NCBI GenBank assembly: GCA_025060455.1
Contig: JANXBY010000003.1
Coordinates: 34,719-98,718, forward strand
Source of the DNA: Armatimonadota bacterium
GTDB lineage: Bacteria > Sysuimicrobiota > Sysuimicrobiia > Sysuimicrobiales > Sysuimicrobiaceae
DNA length: 64,000 nucleotides
Direction of reading: 5' to 3'
Positions 18,594 through 27,685 of the stretch are shown in pieces (the first letter of the stretch is position 1; the number at the start of each line of letters is the position of its first letter). The notes below the pieces were generated by a model. The model searched no databases. It worked only from the letters and a program-made list of their open reading frames with translations, and was not told where the DNA came from. The position numbers were made by a program, and so were the translations under genes.

Positions 18594-19808
18594 TTACGGC
18601 GGTGGCGAGGTGAACGCGAGGGCCGCGAAGCTGACGATGCCGCCCGCGGGGTCCGGAGCCTGTGCGTAGTGCAGCAGGTGGCCGTGGACCGGCTCTAGGA
18701 TCCGCAGGGCGGCGTACAGGGCGCTTGTGGCGTCGATGCGCTGCGGGTTGCCGCCTCCCGCCACCTCCCTCCAGAACCCCTCTGCGTCCCCGCGCAGCAC
18801 ATGCTCCAGGGCCCGGTGGTCGCCCGCGGAGGTGCGCAGCGCCAGGGAAGAGTCCGGCGGCTCTGGGTCGCCGAAGCGCGGCCCCACGTGGCTGAAGTCC
18901 ACCCCCACCACCACCGCGGCGCGGTCCCTCCGACTTTGGAACCCGCGGCGTAGCAACTGCACCACCCGCTCGACCTCTGGGATCCCCCTCGGGGAGCCGC
19001 GCCCCGCCCACTGCTCGAAGGCCGAACACAGGATGGGAACCACACGGACCCGCCGGCCCTGCAGGGCCGCCTGCACGAACACCGCCTGGAACTCCAGGGA
19101 GTGCTCCGCCCTGTGCACGTGTTCGGCTTCAGCCAGGTGCGGTGCTTCCTGCAGGAGTTCGGCCACCCACTCTCGATCCACGGGCAGCGTGCCCAGGGGC
19201 GTGCGGTACGGCTTCGTGCAGAGGACGAACGGGTGCGGGGCGCCGCCGTGGGCGACTCCGAGCATCAACAGGGTGGTGGCGGGCGAGCGGGCCAGCGCGG
19301 CGTATGCCCACCCATAGCAGACACCACCCCGCTGGAAGTCTACGTGGGGTGCCACCACGCCCAGGGGCGGTGTGGACGGCAGCCGCGCCGGGTCCGCGGC
19401 CCGCACGTAGGCGCCGAGCTGCCCCCGGAGGGCTGCCGGCTCCAGGGGGTAAGACTTGCCCGCGAAGTACGGCGGCCGGTCCGGTGCAGCTCGGAAGGCC
19501 TGTTCTGCCGCCTGACGCCTCGCGCGGGCCCGCTCGGTCTCCAGCAGTCCCCACCGGTCCAGCTCCTCCACGATCCGGAGCAGGTCGGACTGCAGCAGGA
19601 GCTGGCCTTGGTGGCGCCGTGCCCACTCCACCTGGACGTCCACCGCGTCCCGTTGCCCGTCCAACAACAGGGCCAGTTCCGCCACCTCTAGGGGTAGCAG
19701 CAGGGTATCCTTCACCAGCCCCTCCGGGTCGCGCACCGCCACCACGGTCCGTCCGCCCACGTGGGTGGGAACAAGGTCCAGGGCTCGCAGCCGCGGAAGG
19801 CTCGACAT
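18594..19808 (-). CDS. MEMO1 / AmmeMemoRadiSam system protein B family protein with ~100-aa N-terminal extension
   Basis: MEMO core (PPYFAGKSYP, VVAPHVDFQRGG, VDFSHVGPRFGD) preceded by an extra N-terminal region. No AMMECR1 or radical SAM partner is adjacent. Confidence 0.6.
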   Translation of the reverse strand: MSSLPRLRALDLVPTHVGGRTVVAVRDPEGLVKDTLLLPLEVAELALLLDGQRDAVDVQVEWARRHQGQLLLQSDLLRIVEELDRWGLLETERARARRQAAEQAFRAAPDRPPYFAGKSYPLEPAALRGQLGAYVRAADPARLPSTPPLGVVAPHVDFQRGGVCYGWAYAALARSPATTLLMLGVAHGGAPHPFVLCTKPYRTPLGTLPVDREWVAELLQEAPHLAEAEHVHRAEHSLEFQAVFVQAALQGRRVRVVPILCSAFEQWAGRGSPRGIPEVERVVQLLRRGFQSRRDRAAVVVGVDFSHVGPRFGDPEPPDSSLALRTSAGDHRALEHVLRGDAEGFWREVAGGGNPQRIDATSALYAALRILEPVHGHLLHYAQAPDPAGGIVSFAALAFTSPPP

Positions 19809-19873
19809 GGCTTCCAGCGCCGCATTGTACCGGGCGGGGCGGGGGGCCGGGGAAGCGGTGGCATAATGATGGG

Positions 19874-21034
19874 GTGAGCCGTCCTCTGTGGGCGATCTTC
19901 CTCACGGTGCTCGCCAACCTGGTCGGCTTCGGGATCGTGATCCCGTTGCTGCCGTTTTACGCTACCAGCTTCGGGGCGACCCCTTTTCAGGTGGGGTTGC
20001 TGTTCGCCAGCTACTCCGCCTGCCAGCTGGTGGCCGCTCCCGTGCTGGGAGCCTGGTCGGACCGATGGGGCCGCCGGCCCGTCCTGCTTCTGAGCCTGCT
20101 GGGGACCGGGGTGAGCTTCGCCCTGCTGGCGCTGGCTCGCAACCTGCCCATGCTGTTCGCCGCGCGGGTGGTGGACGGGCTTTCCGGAGGGAACGTCTCC
20201 ACCGCGCGGGCCTACATCGCGGACGTGACGCCGGACGAGGGCCGGGCGCGCAGCTTCGGCCTCATCGGCGCGGCCTTCGGGATCGGGTTCGTCCTGGGCC
20301 CGGCTCTGGGTGGGGCGCTGTCCCGCTTTGGGTACGCGGCGCCGGCGTGGGCCGCGGTGGGCCTCACGGGAGTGGCCGCGTTGCTGGCCTGGTGGTGGCT
20401 TCCGGAGTCCGTCCGTCGCGTGCATGCGGGCGCAGGGGGGTGGCGGCAGCTAGGCGCGGTGCTGTCGCGGCCCCAGCTGGGGGCGCTGCTGGGCGTGGAC
20501 TTCGCATACTGGGCCACCGCCTCCGTGTACCAGACGACCTTCGCCCTGTTCGTCCACCGGAGGTTCGGGCTGGACGCCACCCACACCGGCTACCTCCTGG
20601 CCCTTTGGGGCTCCGTGGGGGCTGCGGCTCAGGTGGGGCTCGTTGGCCCGGTGGTGAGGCGGTGGGGCGAACGCCGGGCGCTGACGGTGGGCCTGGTGGT
20701 GGCAGGGCTGGCTCTGCTGGGGGCGTCCACCACGCCGAGGCTGCCGTGGTTCGTGGCGAGCACCCTGGTTGCTGCCGTGGGGGCTGCGATCTCCAGTCCC
20801 GCCCTGGTGGCGCTCATCAGCCGGGCTGCGGCGTCCCACGAGCAGGGGGCCGTGCAGGGCGTGGCGAGCACCGTGGAGAGCCTGGGGCGCATGGTGGGGC
20901 CGGTGTGGGGCAACGGGTTGCTGGGCGTCGCAGGGGAAGGTGCGGCCTTTGGCTCCGCGGCGGCGGTGATGATCCTGGCGGGGCTGGCGGCCTCGGCCCT
21001 TCGGCCCCCTTTGCAGGCCACCGACGGGAGGTGA
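19874..21034 (+). CDS. MFS transporter (DHA1/Tet-like, 12 TM)
   Basis: MFS motifs (LPFYATSFGATPFQVGLLFASYS, GAWSDRWGRRPVLLLS). GTG start at 19874. The track ORF 19142..21034 is over-extended upstream. Confidence 0.8.
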   Translation: MSRPLWAIFLTVLANLVGFGIVIPLLPFYATSFGATPFQVGLLFASYSACQLVAAPVLGAWSDRWGRRPVLLLSLLGTGVSFALLALARNLPMLFAARVVDGLSGGNVSTARAYIADVTPDEGRARSFGLIGAAFGIGFVLGPALGGALSRFGYAAPAWAAVGLTGVAALLAWWWLPESVRRVHAGAGGWRQLGAVLSRPQLGALLGVDFAYWATASVYQTTFALFVHRRFGLDATHTGYLLALWGSVGAAAQVGLVGPVVRRWGERRALTVGLVVAGLALLGASTTPRLPWFVASTLVAAVGAAISSPALVALISRAAASHEQGAVQGVASTVESLGRMVGPVWGNGLLGVAGEGAAFGSAAAVMILAGLAASALRPPLQATDGR

Positions 21035-21040
21035 TCCCAC

Positions 21041-21601
21041 CTGGACTGGAAGGCGAAGTTCCAACAGGCACTCCCGTACGGGGAGTTCCTGGAGCGGTAC
21101 GGCACCGAGGCGCACCGGGAGCGGTGGAGCCGGGTGTACGAGGCGGTGACCGTGAGCCCCGAGCAGCAGGCGCTGCTACAGAGCTTCCAGCGGGACATGA
21201 AGCTGCTGGTGCTGGCCGGGACGTGGTGCGGAGACTGCGTGAACCAGTGCCCGGTGCTGCAGCGGATCGCAGAGTCCTCCCCGCGCATCGAGCTTCGGTT
21301 CCTGGACCGGGACGAGCACCCGGACGTGCGGGAGGAGCTGGCCATCAACCGCGGGTATCGGATCCCCATGGTGGTGTTCCTCAGCGAGGACTTCGTCGAG
21401 GTGGCGCGGTACGGGGAGCGGACGCTGTCCATCTACCGCCAGATGGCTGCGGAGCGCCTGGGGCCTGCATGTCCGGTGGGCGTGATCCCACCGGGCCCGG
21501 ACCTTCTCCGGAACGTGACGCAAGAGTGGCTCAACGAGGTGGAGCGGGTGCAGCTGCTGCTGCGGCTGTCGCCGCGCCTGCGGCAGCTCCACGGCGACTG
21601 A
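21041..21601 (+). CDS. Thioredoxin-like protein (WCGDC motif, TRP14/DUF953-like); putative CTG start
   Basis: The conserved N-terminus (LDWKAKFQQALPYGEFLERYGTEAHRERW) is encoded immediately after the MFS TGA, in the same frame. No ATG/GTG/TTG exists there. CTG at 21041 lies 6 nt after GGGAGGTGA. The first canonical start is GTG at 21134. Confidence 0.5.
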   Translation: MDWKAKFQQALPYGEFLERYGTEAHRERWSRVYEAVTVSPEQQALLQSFQRDMKLLVLAGTWCGDCVNQCPVLQRIAESSPRIELRFLDRDEHPDVREELAINRGYRIPMVVFLSEDFVEVARYGERTLSIYRQMAAERLGPACPVGVIPPGPDLLRNVTQEWLNEVERVQLLLRLSPRLRQLHGD

Positions 21602-21641
21602 GCGGAGGCGGGATGGGGTTTCAAGGCTCACGGGAGGGGCC

Positions 21642-23132
21642 ATGTTGGAGCTGATCGTGTTCACCAGCGGGGGCGTGCTGCTGGCCCTGGAGATCGTCGC
21701 GAGCCGTGTGCTGGCCCCGACCTTCGGAAACTCCATCTACGTGTGGGGTAGCCTCATCGGCGTGTTCCTGACCGCGCTGAGCGTGGGCTACTGGCTGGGC
21801 GGGCGTGTGGCGGACCGCTACCCCACCCACGGGGTGTTCTGCGGGTTGGTGTTCTTGGCTGGGCTGCTCACGGTCCCCATCCCCGCCGCAGCACCCCCCC
21901 TGTTGTCGGCCTTGGCGGCCGCGGACCTGGACAGCCGCGCGGGGCCCCTGGTGGCGGCGTTGGTGCTGTTCTTCCCCGCCAGTGTGGTTATGGGTACCAT
22001 CTCCCCGTACGCGGTGCGGTTGAGCGCCCGGTCCGTGGCCACCGTGGGCGGGACCGCGGGGCGGCTGTACGCCCTGTCTACCCTGGGAAGCATCGCGGGC
22101 TGCTTTGCGGCGGCGTTCTGGCTCATCTCGGTGATGGGAGTGCGCGAGGTGATCCTGGCCTTGGGGCTGGTGGAGATGGGCCTGGCGGTGCTGGGGCTGT
22201 TGGGTCTTCGGCGCGCGGGAGCTGCCACCGTGGCCGCCCTGCTGCTCGTGGGATCCGGCGCAGGCAGCGCCCGGCTAGTGCCACCGGAGGGCCCGGAGGT
22301 GGTGTACGCCCGGGACACCGTGTACCACCGAATCACCGTGAGCGACGAGGGGCGGATCCGCTACCTGAAGCTGGACAATTACTGGCAGAGCGCCCTGGAC
22401 CTGGACGACCCGCATCGGACGGTCTTCCGGTACGCGGACTACATGCACCTGGGGATGGTGTTCCAACCCAACCCGCAACGGGTGCTGGTGATCGGCATGG
22501 GGGGCGGGACGATCCCCAAGCGCTACGTGGAGGACTACCCACAGGTGCACGTGGACGTGGTGGACATCGACCCGGAGGTGGTGGAGGTGGCCCACCGCTT
22601 CTTCGGGGTCCCGCGGGGCGGGCGGATCCGGGCGTTCGCGCAGGACGGCCGGCAGTTCGTCCGACGCACGCAGGACCGCTACGACCACGTCCTCATGGAC
22701 GCGTACCTGCGGGACACCCTGCCCTTCCACCTGGCCACGCGGGAGTTCTTTCAGGAGGTGCGGGCAAAGCTCCGGCCTGGCGGCGCCTTCGTGGTGAACG
22801 TGATCGGTGCCCTGGAGGGGCCCCGCAGCCGGCTGTTCCGCGCGGTGTACCGGACGCTGGCGGAGGTGTACGCCGGCGTGTACGTGTTCCCCGTGGACTT
22901 CCATCCCGGGGGGTGGGCCGAGGCGCTGCGCAACATCATCGTGGTGGGCACAGACCACCGGTGGCCGCCCGGGCAGGTGCGGGCGCGGGCACAGGCGGTG
23001 CGCTCCCTGGTGAAGGTGTCGGGGTTTGATGCCGCGGTGGCGGACCTGTACACCCGTCCCATCGCCACCGACGACGTCCCCACCCTCACCGACGACTTCG
23101 CGCCCACGGACGTCCTGCTAGCCGTACGCTAG
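21642..23132 (+). CDS. Fused multi-TM membrane domain / spermidine synthase-like (polyamine aminopropyltransferase family) protein
   Basis: About 200-aa N-terminal hydrophobic domain followed by a SpeE-like methyltransferase fold (VLVIGMGGGTIPKRYVEDYP...DVVDIDPEVVEVA...VLMDAY). Confidence 0.7.
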   Translation: MLELIVFTSGGVLLALEIVASRVLAPTFGNSIYVWGSLIGVFLTALSVGYWLGGRVADRYPTHGVFCGLVFLAGLLTVPIPAAAPPLLSALAAADLDSRAGPLVAALVLFFPASVVMGTISPYAVRLSARSVATVGGTAGRLYALSTLGSIAGCFAAAFWLISVMGVREVILALGLVEMGLAVLGLLGLRRAGAATVAALLLVGSGAGSARLVPPEGPEVVYARDTVYHRITVSDEGRIRYLKLDNYWQSALDLDDPHRTVFRYADYMHLGMVFQPNPQRVLVIGMGGGTIPKRYVEDYPQVHVDVVDIDPEVVEVAHRFFGVPRGGRIRAFAQDGRQFVRRTQDRYDHVLMDAYLRDTLPFHLATREFFQEVRAKLRPGGAFVVNVIGALEGPRSRLFRAVYRTLAEVYAGVYVFPVDFHPGGWAEALRNIIVVGTDHRWPPGQVRARAQAVRSLVKVSGFDAAVADLYTRPIATDDVPTLTDDFAPTDVLLAVR

Positions 23133-23140
23133 GAGCCAGG

Positions 23141-23464
23141 ATGCCTGCCCCGTACGTGAAGCTGTACGTGGGAGATGTCATCCGCACCCGCAAGGCGCAC
23201 CCGTGCGGAGGTGACGTGTGGGTGATCGAGCGCCTGGGTGCGGACGTGGGCATCCGCTGCCGCACCTGCGGGCGGTTCGTGTTGATGGACCGCATCAAGC
23301 TGGAGCGGCGGATCCGGGCGTTCCTGCGGCGCGGCAACGAGCCCGTACCTGAGCCCGAACCGCCCCCGCCGCCGGAGGCCGCCAAGCCCCGGGGACGCAG
23401 GCCTGCGCAGCCGTCGCCCGAGCCGCGGCCCCGCCGTCGTATCGTGAAGCGGGCGAGGGCGTAG
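23141..23464 (+). CDS. DUF951 family protein (YyzM-like) with Pro/Arg-rich C-terminal tail
   Basis: Zinc-ribbon-like HPCGGD...CRTCGR core. Conserved position immediately upstream of ychF as in Bacillus. AGGAG lies 5 nt before the ATG. Confidence 0.7.
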   Translation: MPAPYVKLYVGDVIRTRKAHPCGGDVWVIERLGADVGIRCRTCGRFVLMDRIKLERRIRAFLRRGNEPVPEPEPPPPPEAAKPRGRRPAQPSPEPRPRRRIVKRARA

Positions 23465-23485
23465 GGGCCACAGGGGAGCCCAGAC

Positions 23486-24562
23486 GTGCTTTCCGTGGGG
23501 ATCGTGGGCCTGCCCAACGCCGGCAAGAGCACCCTGTTTCGCGCGCTCACGCGGGCCCGGGTAGCGGTGGCGCCGTACCCGTTCACCACCGTGGACCCCA
23601 ACACGGGGGTCGCCCCGGTGCCCGACGAACGGCTGGAGGTTCTGGCGGGGCTGGTGGCCGCGGAGCGGGTGGTGCCAGCCACCGTGCGGGTGGTGGACAT
23701 CGCGGGGCTGGTGCGGGGCGCACACCGGGGGGAGGGCCTCGGGAACCGCTTCCTGGCCCACGTGCGGGAGATGGCGGCTTTGCTGCACGTGGTGCGCGCC
23801 TTCCACCAGCCGCAGGTGGTGCACGTGGAAGGAAGCCCCGACCCCGTGCGGGACATCGAGGTGGTGGAGACCGAGCTGTTGCTGGCGGACCTGGAGACGG
23901 TGCAGCGCCGCGCGGAGCGGATCCGGCCGAGGGCCCGCACGGGCGACACCAAAGCGAGGGAAGAGCTCTCGGCCCTGGAGCAGGCCGAGGAAGCCCTGGA
24001 CGCGGGCCGGCCGGCGCGCTTCCTGCCCCGCGAGGTGCGGCAGGTGTTGCGGCCGCTGCGGCTGCTCACGGACAAGCCGGTGGCGTACGTGGTAAACGTG
24101 GGCGAAGGCCAGCAGGACGGCGCGGTGGAGGCGGTGAAGGCCGTGGCCCGAGCCCGGGACGTGCCCGTGCTGGTCGCCAGCCTGAGGGTGGAGGAGGAAC
24201 TGCTGGACCTGCCGGAGGAGGAGGCCCGCGCGTACCGGGCCGAGGCTGGACTCGGAGAGGAAGTGCTGGCTCAGGTGGTGCGTACGGGCTACCGGCTCCT
24301 CGACCTGGTGACGTTCTTCACCACGGAGAGCCGGGAGGTGCGGGCCTGGCCCGTGCCTAGGGGGACGCGGGCCCCCCAGGCCGCGGGCGTCATCCACACC
24401 GACATGGAGCGGGGGTTCGTACGGGCGGAGGTGATCGGGTTCGAGGAGCTGGTCCGGATCGGCTCTCTCCAGGCCGCCCGGGATGCGGGCAGGATCCGGC
24501 TGGAGGGCCGGGACTACGAGGTGCAGGAAGGCGACGTGATTACCTTCCGCTTCCACACCTAG
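23486..24562 (+). CDS. ychF: Ribosome-binding ATPase YchF (Obg-family GTPase)
   Basis: G1 GLPNAGKSTLF, G3/G4 motifs and a C-terminal TGS domain (RAWPVPRGTRAPQAAGVIHTDMERGFVRAEV). Confidence 0.9.
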   Translation: MLSVGIVGLPNAGKSTLFRALTRARVAVAPYPFTTVDPNTGVAPVPDERLEVLAGLVAAERVVPATVRVVDIAGLVRGAHRGEGLGNRFLAHVREMAALLHVVRAFHQPQVVHVEGSPDPVRDIEVVETELLLADLETVQRRAERIRPRARTGDTKAREELSALEQAEEALDAGRPARFLPREVRQVLRPLRLLTDKPVAYVVNVGEGQQDGAVEAVKAVARARDVPVLVASLRVEEELLDLPEEEARAYRAEAGLGEEVLAQVVRTGYRLLDLVTFFTTESREVRAWPVPRGTRAPQAAGVIHTDMERGFVRAEVIGFEELVRIGSLQAARDAGRIRLEGRDYEVQEGDVITFRFHT

Positions 24563-24582
24563 ACCACCCCCGAGAAACCGCG

Positions 24583-24612
24583 GCAGCGATTTTTGGGGAT
24601 CCCGGTCCCCTT
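24583..24612. promoter_or_regulatory. Inverted-repeat motif CCCC(G)AGAAACCGCGGCAGCGATTTTTGGGG, first copy of a motif shared with the iolE/iolB intergenic region
   Basis: Shares the 20-nt core CGCGGC-N-GCGATTTTGGGGA with 38137..38164. Lies downstream of ychF and about 130 nt upstream of the small ORF at 24742. Confidence 0.3.
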
Positions 24613-24741
24613 CCGCACGTGCTGCGTTTCACGGACGGGCTCCTGGCCGGCGTGGCACCGGAGTTGCACCAGCCCCTGTGGAAACCATCTGGTATCCTGG
24701 GACGTTGTATGAAGGGCAAGGACCCGAGGGAAGGAGCAGGG

Positions 24742-25032
24742 ATGGGAGTGCCCAACGACTTCGTGGACCCCTTCGAGCTCACGCTGGAGGAGGTGGACCG
24801 CCGCATCGCGGAGCTGGCGGAGCAGCGGCGACGGATCTGGCAGAGCAGCGTCCCGCACACCGGCACGGGGGAGACCGGCCGGCGGGCACTGGCGGCCATC
24901 GAGGCGGAGCTGGAGGAGCTGTACCGGACCAAACGGGAGCTGCTGGCCCGGCGCGCCAACGGGAACCGTACCCCGAAGCTGCGCCGCCGGACGGGGCCCA
25001 CCCCGCCGGCCGGACTGTTCCGCGACGACTGA
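24742..25032 (+). CDS. Small coiled-coil hypothetical protein (DUF2630-like)
   Basis: ATG at 24742 lies 6 nt after GAAGGAG. Predicted helical or coiled-coil (EVDRRIAELAEQRRRIW...AIEAELEELYRTKRELLARR). The track ORF starts further upstream at 24619. Confidence 0.45.
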   Translation: MGVPNDFVDPFELTLEEVDRRIAELAEQRRRIWQSSVPHTGTGETGRRALAAIEAELEELYRTKRELLARRANGNRTPKLRRRTGPTPPAGLFRDD

Positions 25033-25100
25033 ACCAAGCGCAGCACCCCTGGCGGTAGGGCGCGGGTCCAGCCGCTGCCTGGCACGGAGGACGCGCCATC

Positions 25101-25109
25101 TGGTAGAAT
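25101..25109 (+). promoter_or_regulatory. Extended -10 element (TGGTAGAAT) of the putative rpsF operon promoter
   Basis: TGnTAGAAT about 75 nt upstream of the rpsF start. A weak -35 (TGGCAC) lies 17 nt upstream. Confidence 0.35.
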
Positions 25110-25182
25110 CAACCGGCTGAGCACCTCCCGTCTCCGCGAAGCTGAGACCGGGGACGAAACCCCTGACCGAGGGAGGTTGGAA

Positions 25183-25548
25183 GTGCGGAAAGCGTACGAG
25201 ATCGTCTTCATCCTGCGGCCGGACCTGGACGACCAGCAGGTGCAGGCGGCCATCGACCGGGTGGCGGGTCGCATCACCGAGCGAGGCGGAACCCTCCTGG
25301 CCACGGAGCCGTGGGGCAAGCGCCGGCTGGCCTACCCCATCGCGCGCCACCGGGAGGGCTTTTACGTCCTCATGCGGTTCGAGCTGGACGGGCAGCGGGT
25401 GCAGGACCTGAAGAACGCGGTGGGGCTGCAGGAGGAGGTCATCCGCTTTCTGGTGTGTGAGGCAGTCCCCACCGCGCCGGCCGCGGTACCGGCCCAGGCG
25501 GAGGCCGTGCAGCCCGTGCCTTCTGGGGGAGGTGATGGGGGGTGTTGA
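25183..25548 (+). CDS. rpsF: 30S ribosomal protein S6
   Basis: MRKAYEIVFILRPDLDDQQV matches the S6 N-terminus. GTG lies 6 nt after GGGAGG. Acidic C-terminal tail. Confidence 0.9.
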   Translation: MRKAYEIVFILRPDLDDQQVQAAIDRVAGRITERGGTLLATEPWGKRRLAYPIARHREGFYVLMRFELDGQRVQDLKNAVGLQEEVIRFLVCEAVPTAPAAVPAQAEAVQPVPSGGGDGGC

Positions 25549-25943
25549 ACCGGGTGGTGCTGATCGGTCGCCTCACGCGGGACCCGGAGCTCCGCTACCT
25601 GCCCAGCGGACAGCCGGTGGCGACCTTCACCCTGGCCGTGGACCGGCCTTTCGCCGGCCCGCAGGGTGAGCGCAAGGCGGACTTCATCCCCGTGGTCGCT
25701 TGGCGCAAGCTGGCAGAGCAGGTGTCGCAGCACCTGGCCAAGGGCCGCCTGGTGGCGGTGGACGGCCGGCTGCAGATCCGCGAGTACGAAACGCAGGATG
25801 GGCAGCGCCGGCGCGCGGTGGAGGTGGTGGCGGACCACGTGCGGTTCCTGGACCGCAAGGCTTCCGAACCGGTGGCGGAGGCGGCCCCCGAGGAGTTCGA
25901 GCCTGCTCCCGAGCCGGAGGAAGAGGAGGACGTGCCCTTCTAG
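25542..25943 (+). CDS. ssb: Single-stranded DNA-binding protein
   Basis: OB fold (LNRVVLIGRLTRDPELRYLPSGQPVATFTLAV) and an acidic C-terminal EEEDVPF tail. Overlaps the rpsF stop. Confidence 0.9.
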   Translation: MLNRVVLIGRLTRDPELRYLPSGQPVATFTLAVDRPFAGPQGERKADFIPVVAWRKLAEQVSQHLAKGRLVAVDGRLQIREYETQDGQRRRAVEVVADHVRFLDRKASEPVAEAAPEEFEPAPEPEEEEDVPF

Positions 25944-25958
25944 GTCCGGAGGTCCCAG

Positions 25959-26213
25959 ATGGCGGAGAAGGAGAAGAAGGAGAAGCGCGAGTGGAGGCCC
26001 CGGAGGCCCCGCAAGAAGGTGTGCGTGTTCTGCTCGGAGCGCGCGCGGGCGGTGGACTACAAGGACAGCAACCGGCTGCGCCGGTTCGTCTCCGAGCGGG
26101 GCAAGATCCTGCCCCGGCGGGTGACGGGCACCTGCGCCAAGCACCAACGCCTGCTGGCGGTGGCCATCAAGCGGGCACGCGAGCTGGCCCTGCTCCCCTA
26201 CACCGCGGACTGA
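25959..26213 (+). CDS. rpsR: 30S ribosomal protein S18
   Basis: S18 signature [43 protein letters not shown]. Confidence 0.9.
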   Translation: MAEKEKKEKREWRPRRPRKKVCVFCSERARAVDYKDSNRLRRFVSERGKILPRRVTGTCAKHQRLLAVAIKRARELALLPYTAD

Positions 26214-26249
26214 CGGCACGGGCGAGGCCCCCGACGGGGCCGGAGGCGT

Positions 26250-27242
26250 ATGTCCAGGGCACAGGGCAGCGCCGCAGCGGCGGGAACCCGCACCGCGAGT
26301 CTGACCGAGGGCGCCCTGCTGGCGGCCCTGACCGCGCTCGTGGCCTTGCTGGTGGCGCTGCTGGGCTCTCCGGGACTGGTGGCTGCTCCCCTTCCGCTGT
26401 TCGTGCTCACGTACCGCCGCGGGGTCCGGACCGCGGTCCTGAGCGCGGTCGTTGCGGGGCTGGCGCTTTCCCCCTTCTTCGGCTTCCCGCAGGGTCTTTT
26501 GTTCGTGGCCGCGTTCGCGCCCGTGGGCGTGGTGCAGGGATGGGTGGCCCGGAGGGGAGGAGGCGAAGTCGCCGGGCGCGCGGTGCTGGCTGGCGCGGCG
26601 GTGGGTGTGGCGGTGACCGTGCTGAGCCTTGCGGTCAGCCGTTTCGTGATCGGGATCGACCCTCTCGAGGCGGTGGTGGAAGCCCAGGTGAAGGGGGCCG
26701 AGGCGGCTGCGGACCTCAGCCGGCGGCTTGGGGCACCGCCTCAGCAGATCCAGCAGATGGAGCAGCTGGCCAAGCAGATGCCGGAGCTGGTTCGCACCAT
26801 CCTGCCCGCAGCCGTGGCCTTGGGCGTCCTGGTGTGGGCCTACGCTGCGTACGCCCTGGGGCGGCACGTGATGCGCCGCCTCGGGACAGAGCTGCCTGGG
26901 TTCGCACCCATCCTCACGTGGCGGCTGCCGCCCGCGGGCGCGGTGATCCTGGTCCTGCCCGTGCTGGCGGGAGTGGTGGTCCAGCCGTGGGCTCCTCAAG
27001 TGGGCCGGGCGCTGGCCGCAAACGGGTTCATGGCCAGCGTATTGGTGTTCGCGTTTTTCGGCGTCCTCACCATGTTGCACTACCTGAACTCCCGGGAGGT
27101 TCCCCGGGCGGGCAGGGTGATGGCGGTGGTGGCGGTCCTGATGCTGGGTGACCTGGGTACCTTCGCGATGGTGGCCCTGGGCGTGGTGGACCTGTGGCTG
27201 GACCTGCGGAAGGTGGGGCCGCGGGGGGAACGTCCGCTATGA
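26250..27242 (+). CDS. yybS: YybS-like integral membrane protein (DUF2232)
   Basis: Multi-TM protein in the conserved position between rpsR and rplI. Its stop overlaps the rplI start (ATGA). Confidence 0.7.
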   Translation: MSRAQGSAAAAGTRTASLTEGALLAALTALVALLVALLGSPGLVAAPLPLFVLTYRRGVRTAVLSAVVAGLALSPFFGFPQGLLFVAAFAPVGVVQGWVARRGGGEVAGRAVLAGAAVGVAVTVLSLAVSRFVIGIDPLEAVVEAQVKGAEAAADLSRRLGAPPQQIQQMEQLAKQMPELVRTILPAAVALGVLVWAYAAYALGRHVMRRLGTELPGFAPILTWRLPPAGAVILVLPVLAGVVVQPWAPQVGRALAANGFMASVLVFAFFGVLTMLHYLNSREVPRAGRVMAVVAVLMLGDLGTFAMVALGVVDLWLDLRKVGPRGERPL

Positions 27243-27685
27243 AGGTGATCCTGATCCAGGACGTGCCGTCGTTGGGTAAGGCCGGCGCGGTGGTGGACGT
27301 CCGGGAGGGCTACGCCCGCAACTACCTGCTGCCCAGGGGGCTTGCGCGGGAGGCCACGGAGGGCCAGCTGCGGGCGCTGGAGCAGGAGCGGGCGGTGCGC
27401 GAACGGAAGCTGGCGCGGGAGCGGCAGCGGGCCGTGGAGGTGGCTCACGCCCTGCAGAGCCGTCCGGTGCGGATCCGGGCGAAGGCAGGGGCCGGCGGGA
27501 AGCTGTTCGGGTCGGTGACCGCGCAGCAGGTGGCGGAGGCGCTGCGGCAGATGGGCTTTGAGGTGGACCGCAGGCAGGTAGAGCTGGCGGAGCCCATCAA
27601 GGCGGTGGGAACCTACCGGGTCACGGTCCGGCTCCCCCACGGGCAGCAGGCAGAGGTGGAAGTGCAGGTGACCGGCGATGGCTGA
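27239..27685 (+). CDS. rplI: 50S ribosomal protein L9
   Basis: MKVILIQDVPSLGKAGAVVDVREGYARNYLLPRGLA matches the L9 N-domain. Confidence 0.9.
   Translation: MKVILIQDVPSLGKAGAVVDVREGYARNYLLPRGLAREATEGQLRALEQERAVRERKLARERQRAVEVAHALQSRPVRIRAKAGAGGKLFGSVTAQQVAEALRQMGFEVDRRQVELAEPIKAVGTYRVTVRLPHGQQAEVEVQVTGDG

Noticed and set aside
23340-23464. Pro/Arg-rich C-terminal tail of the DUF951 protein as a possible repeat element
   Set aside because: It is low-complexity coding sequence continuous with the ORF, not an independent DNA repeat.
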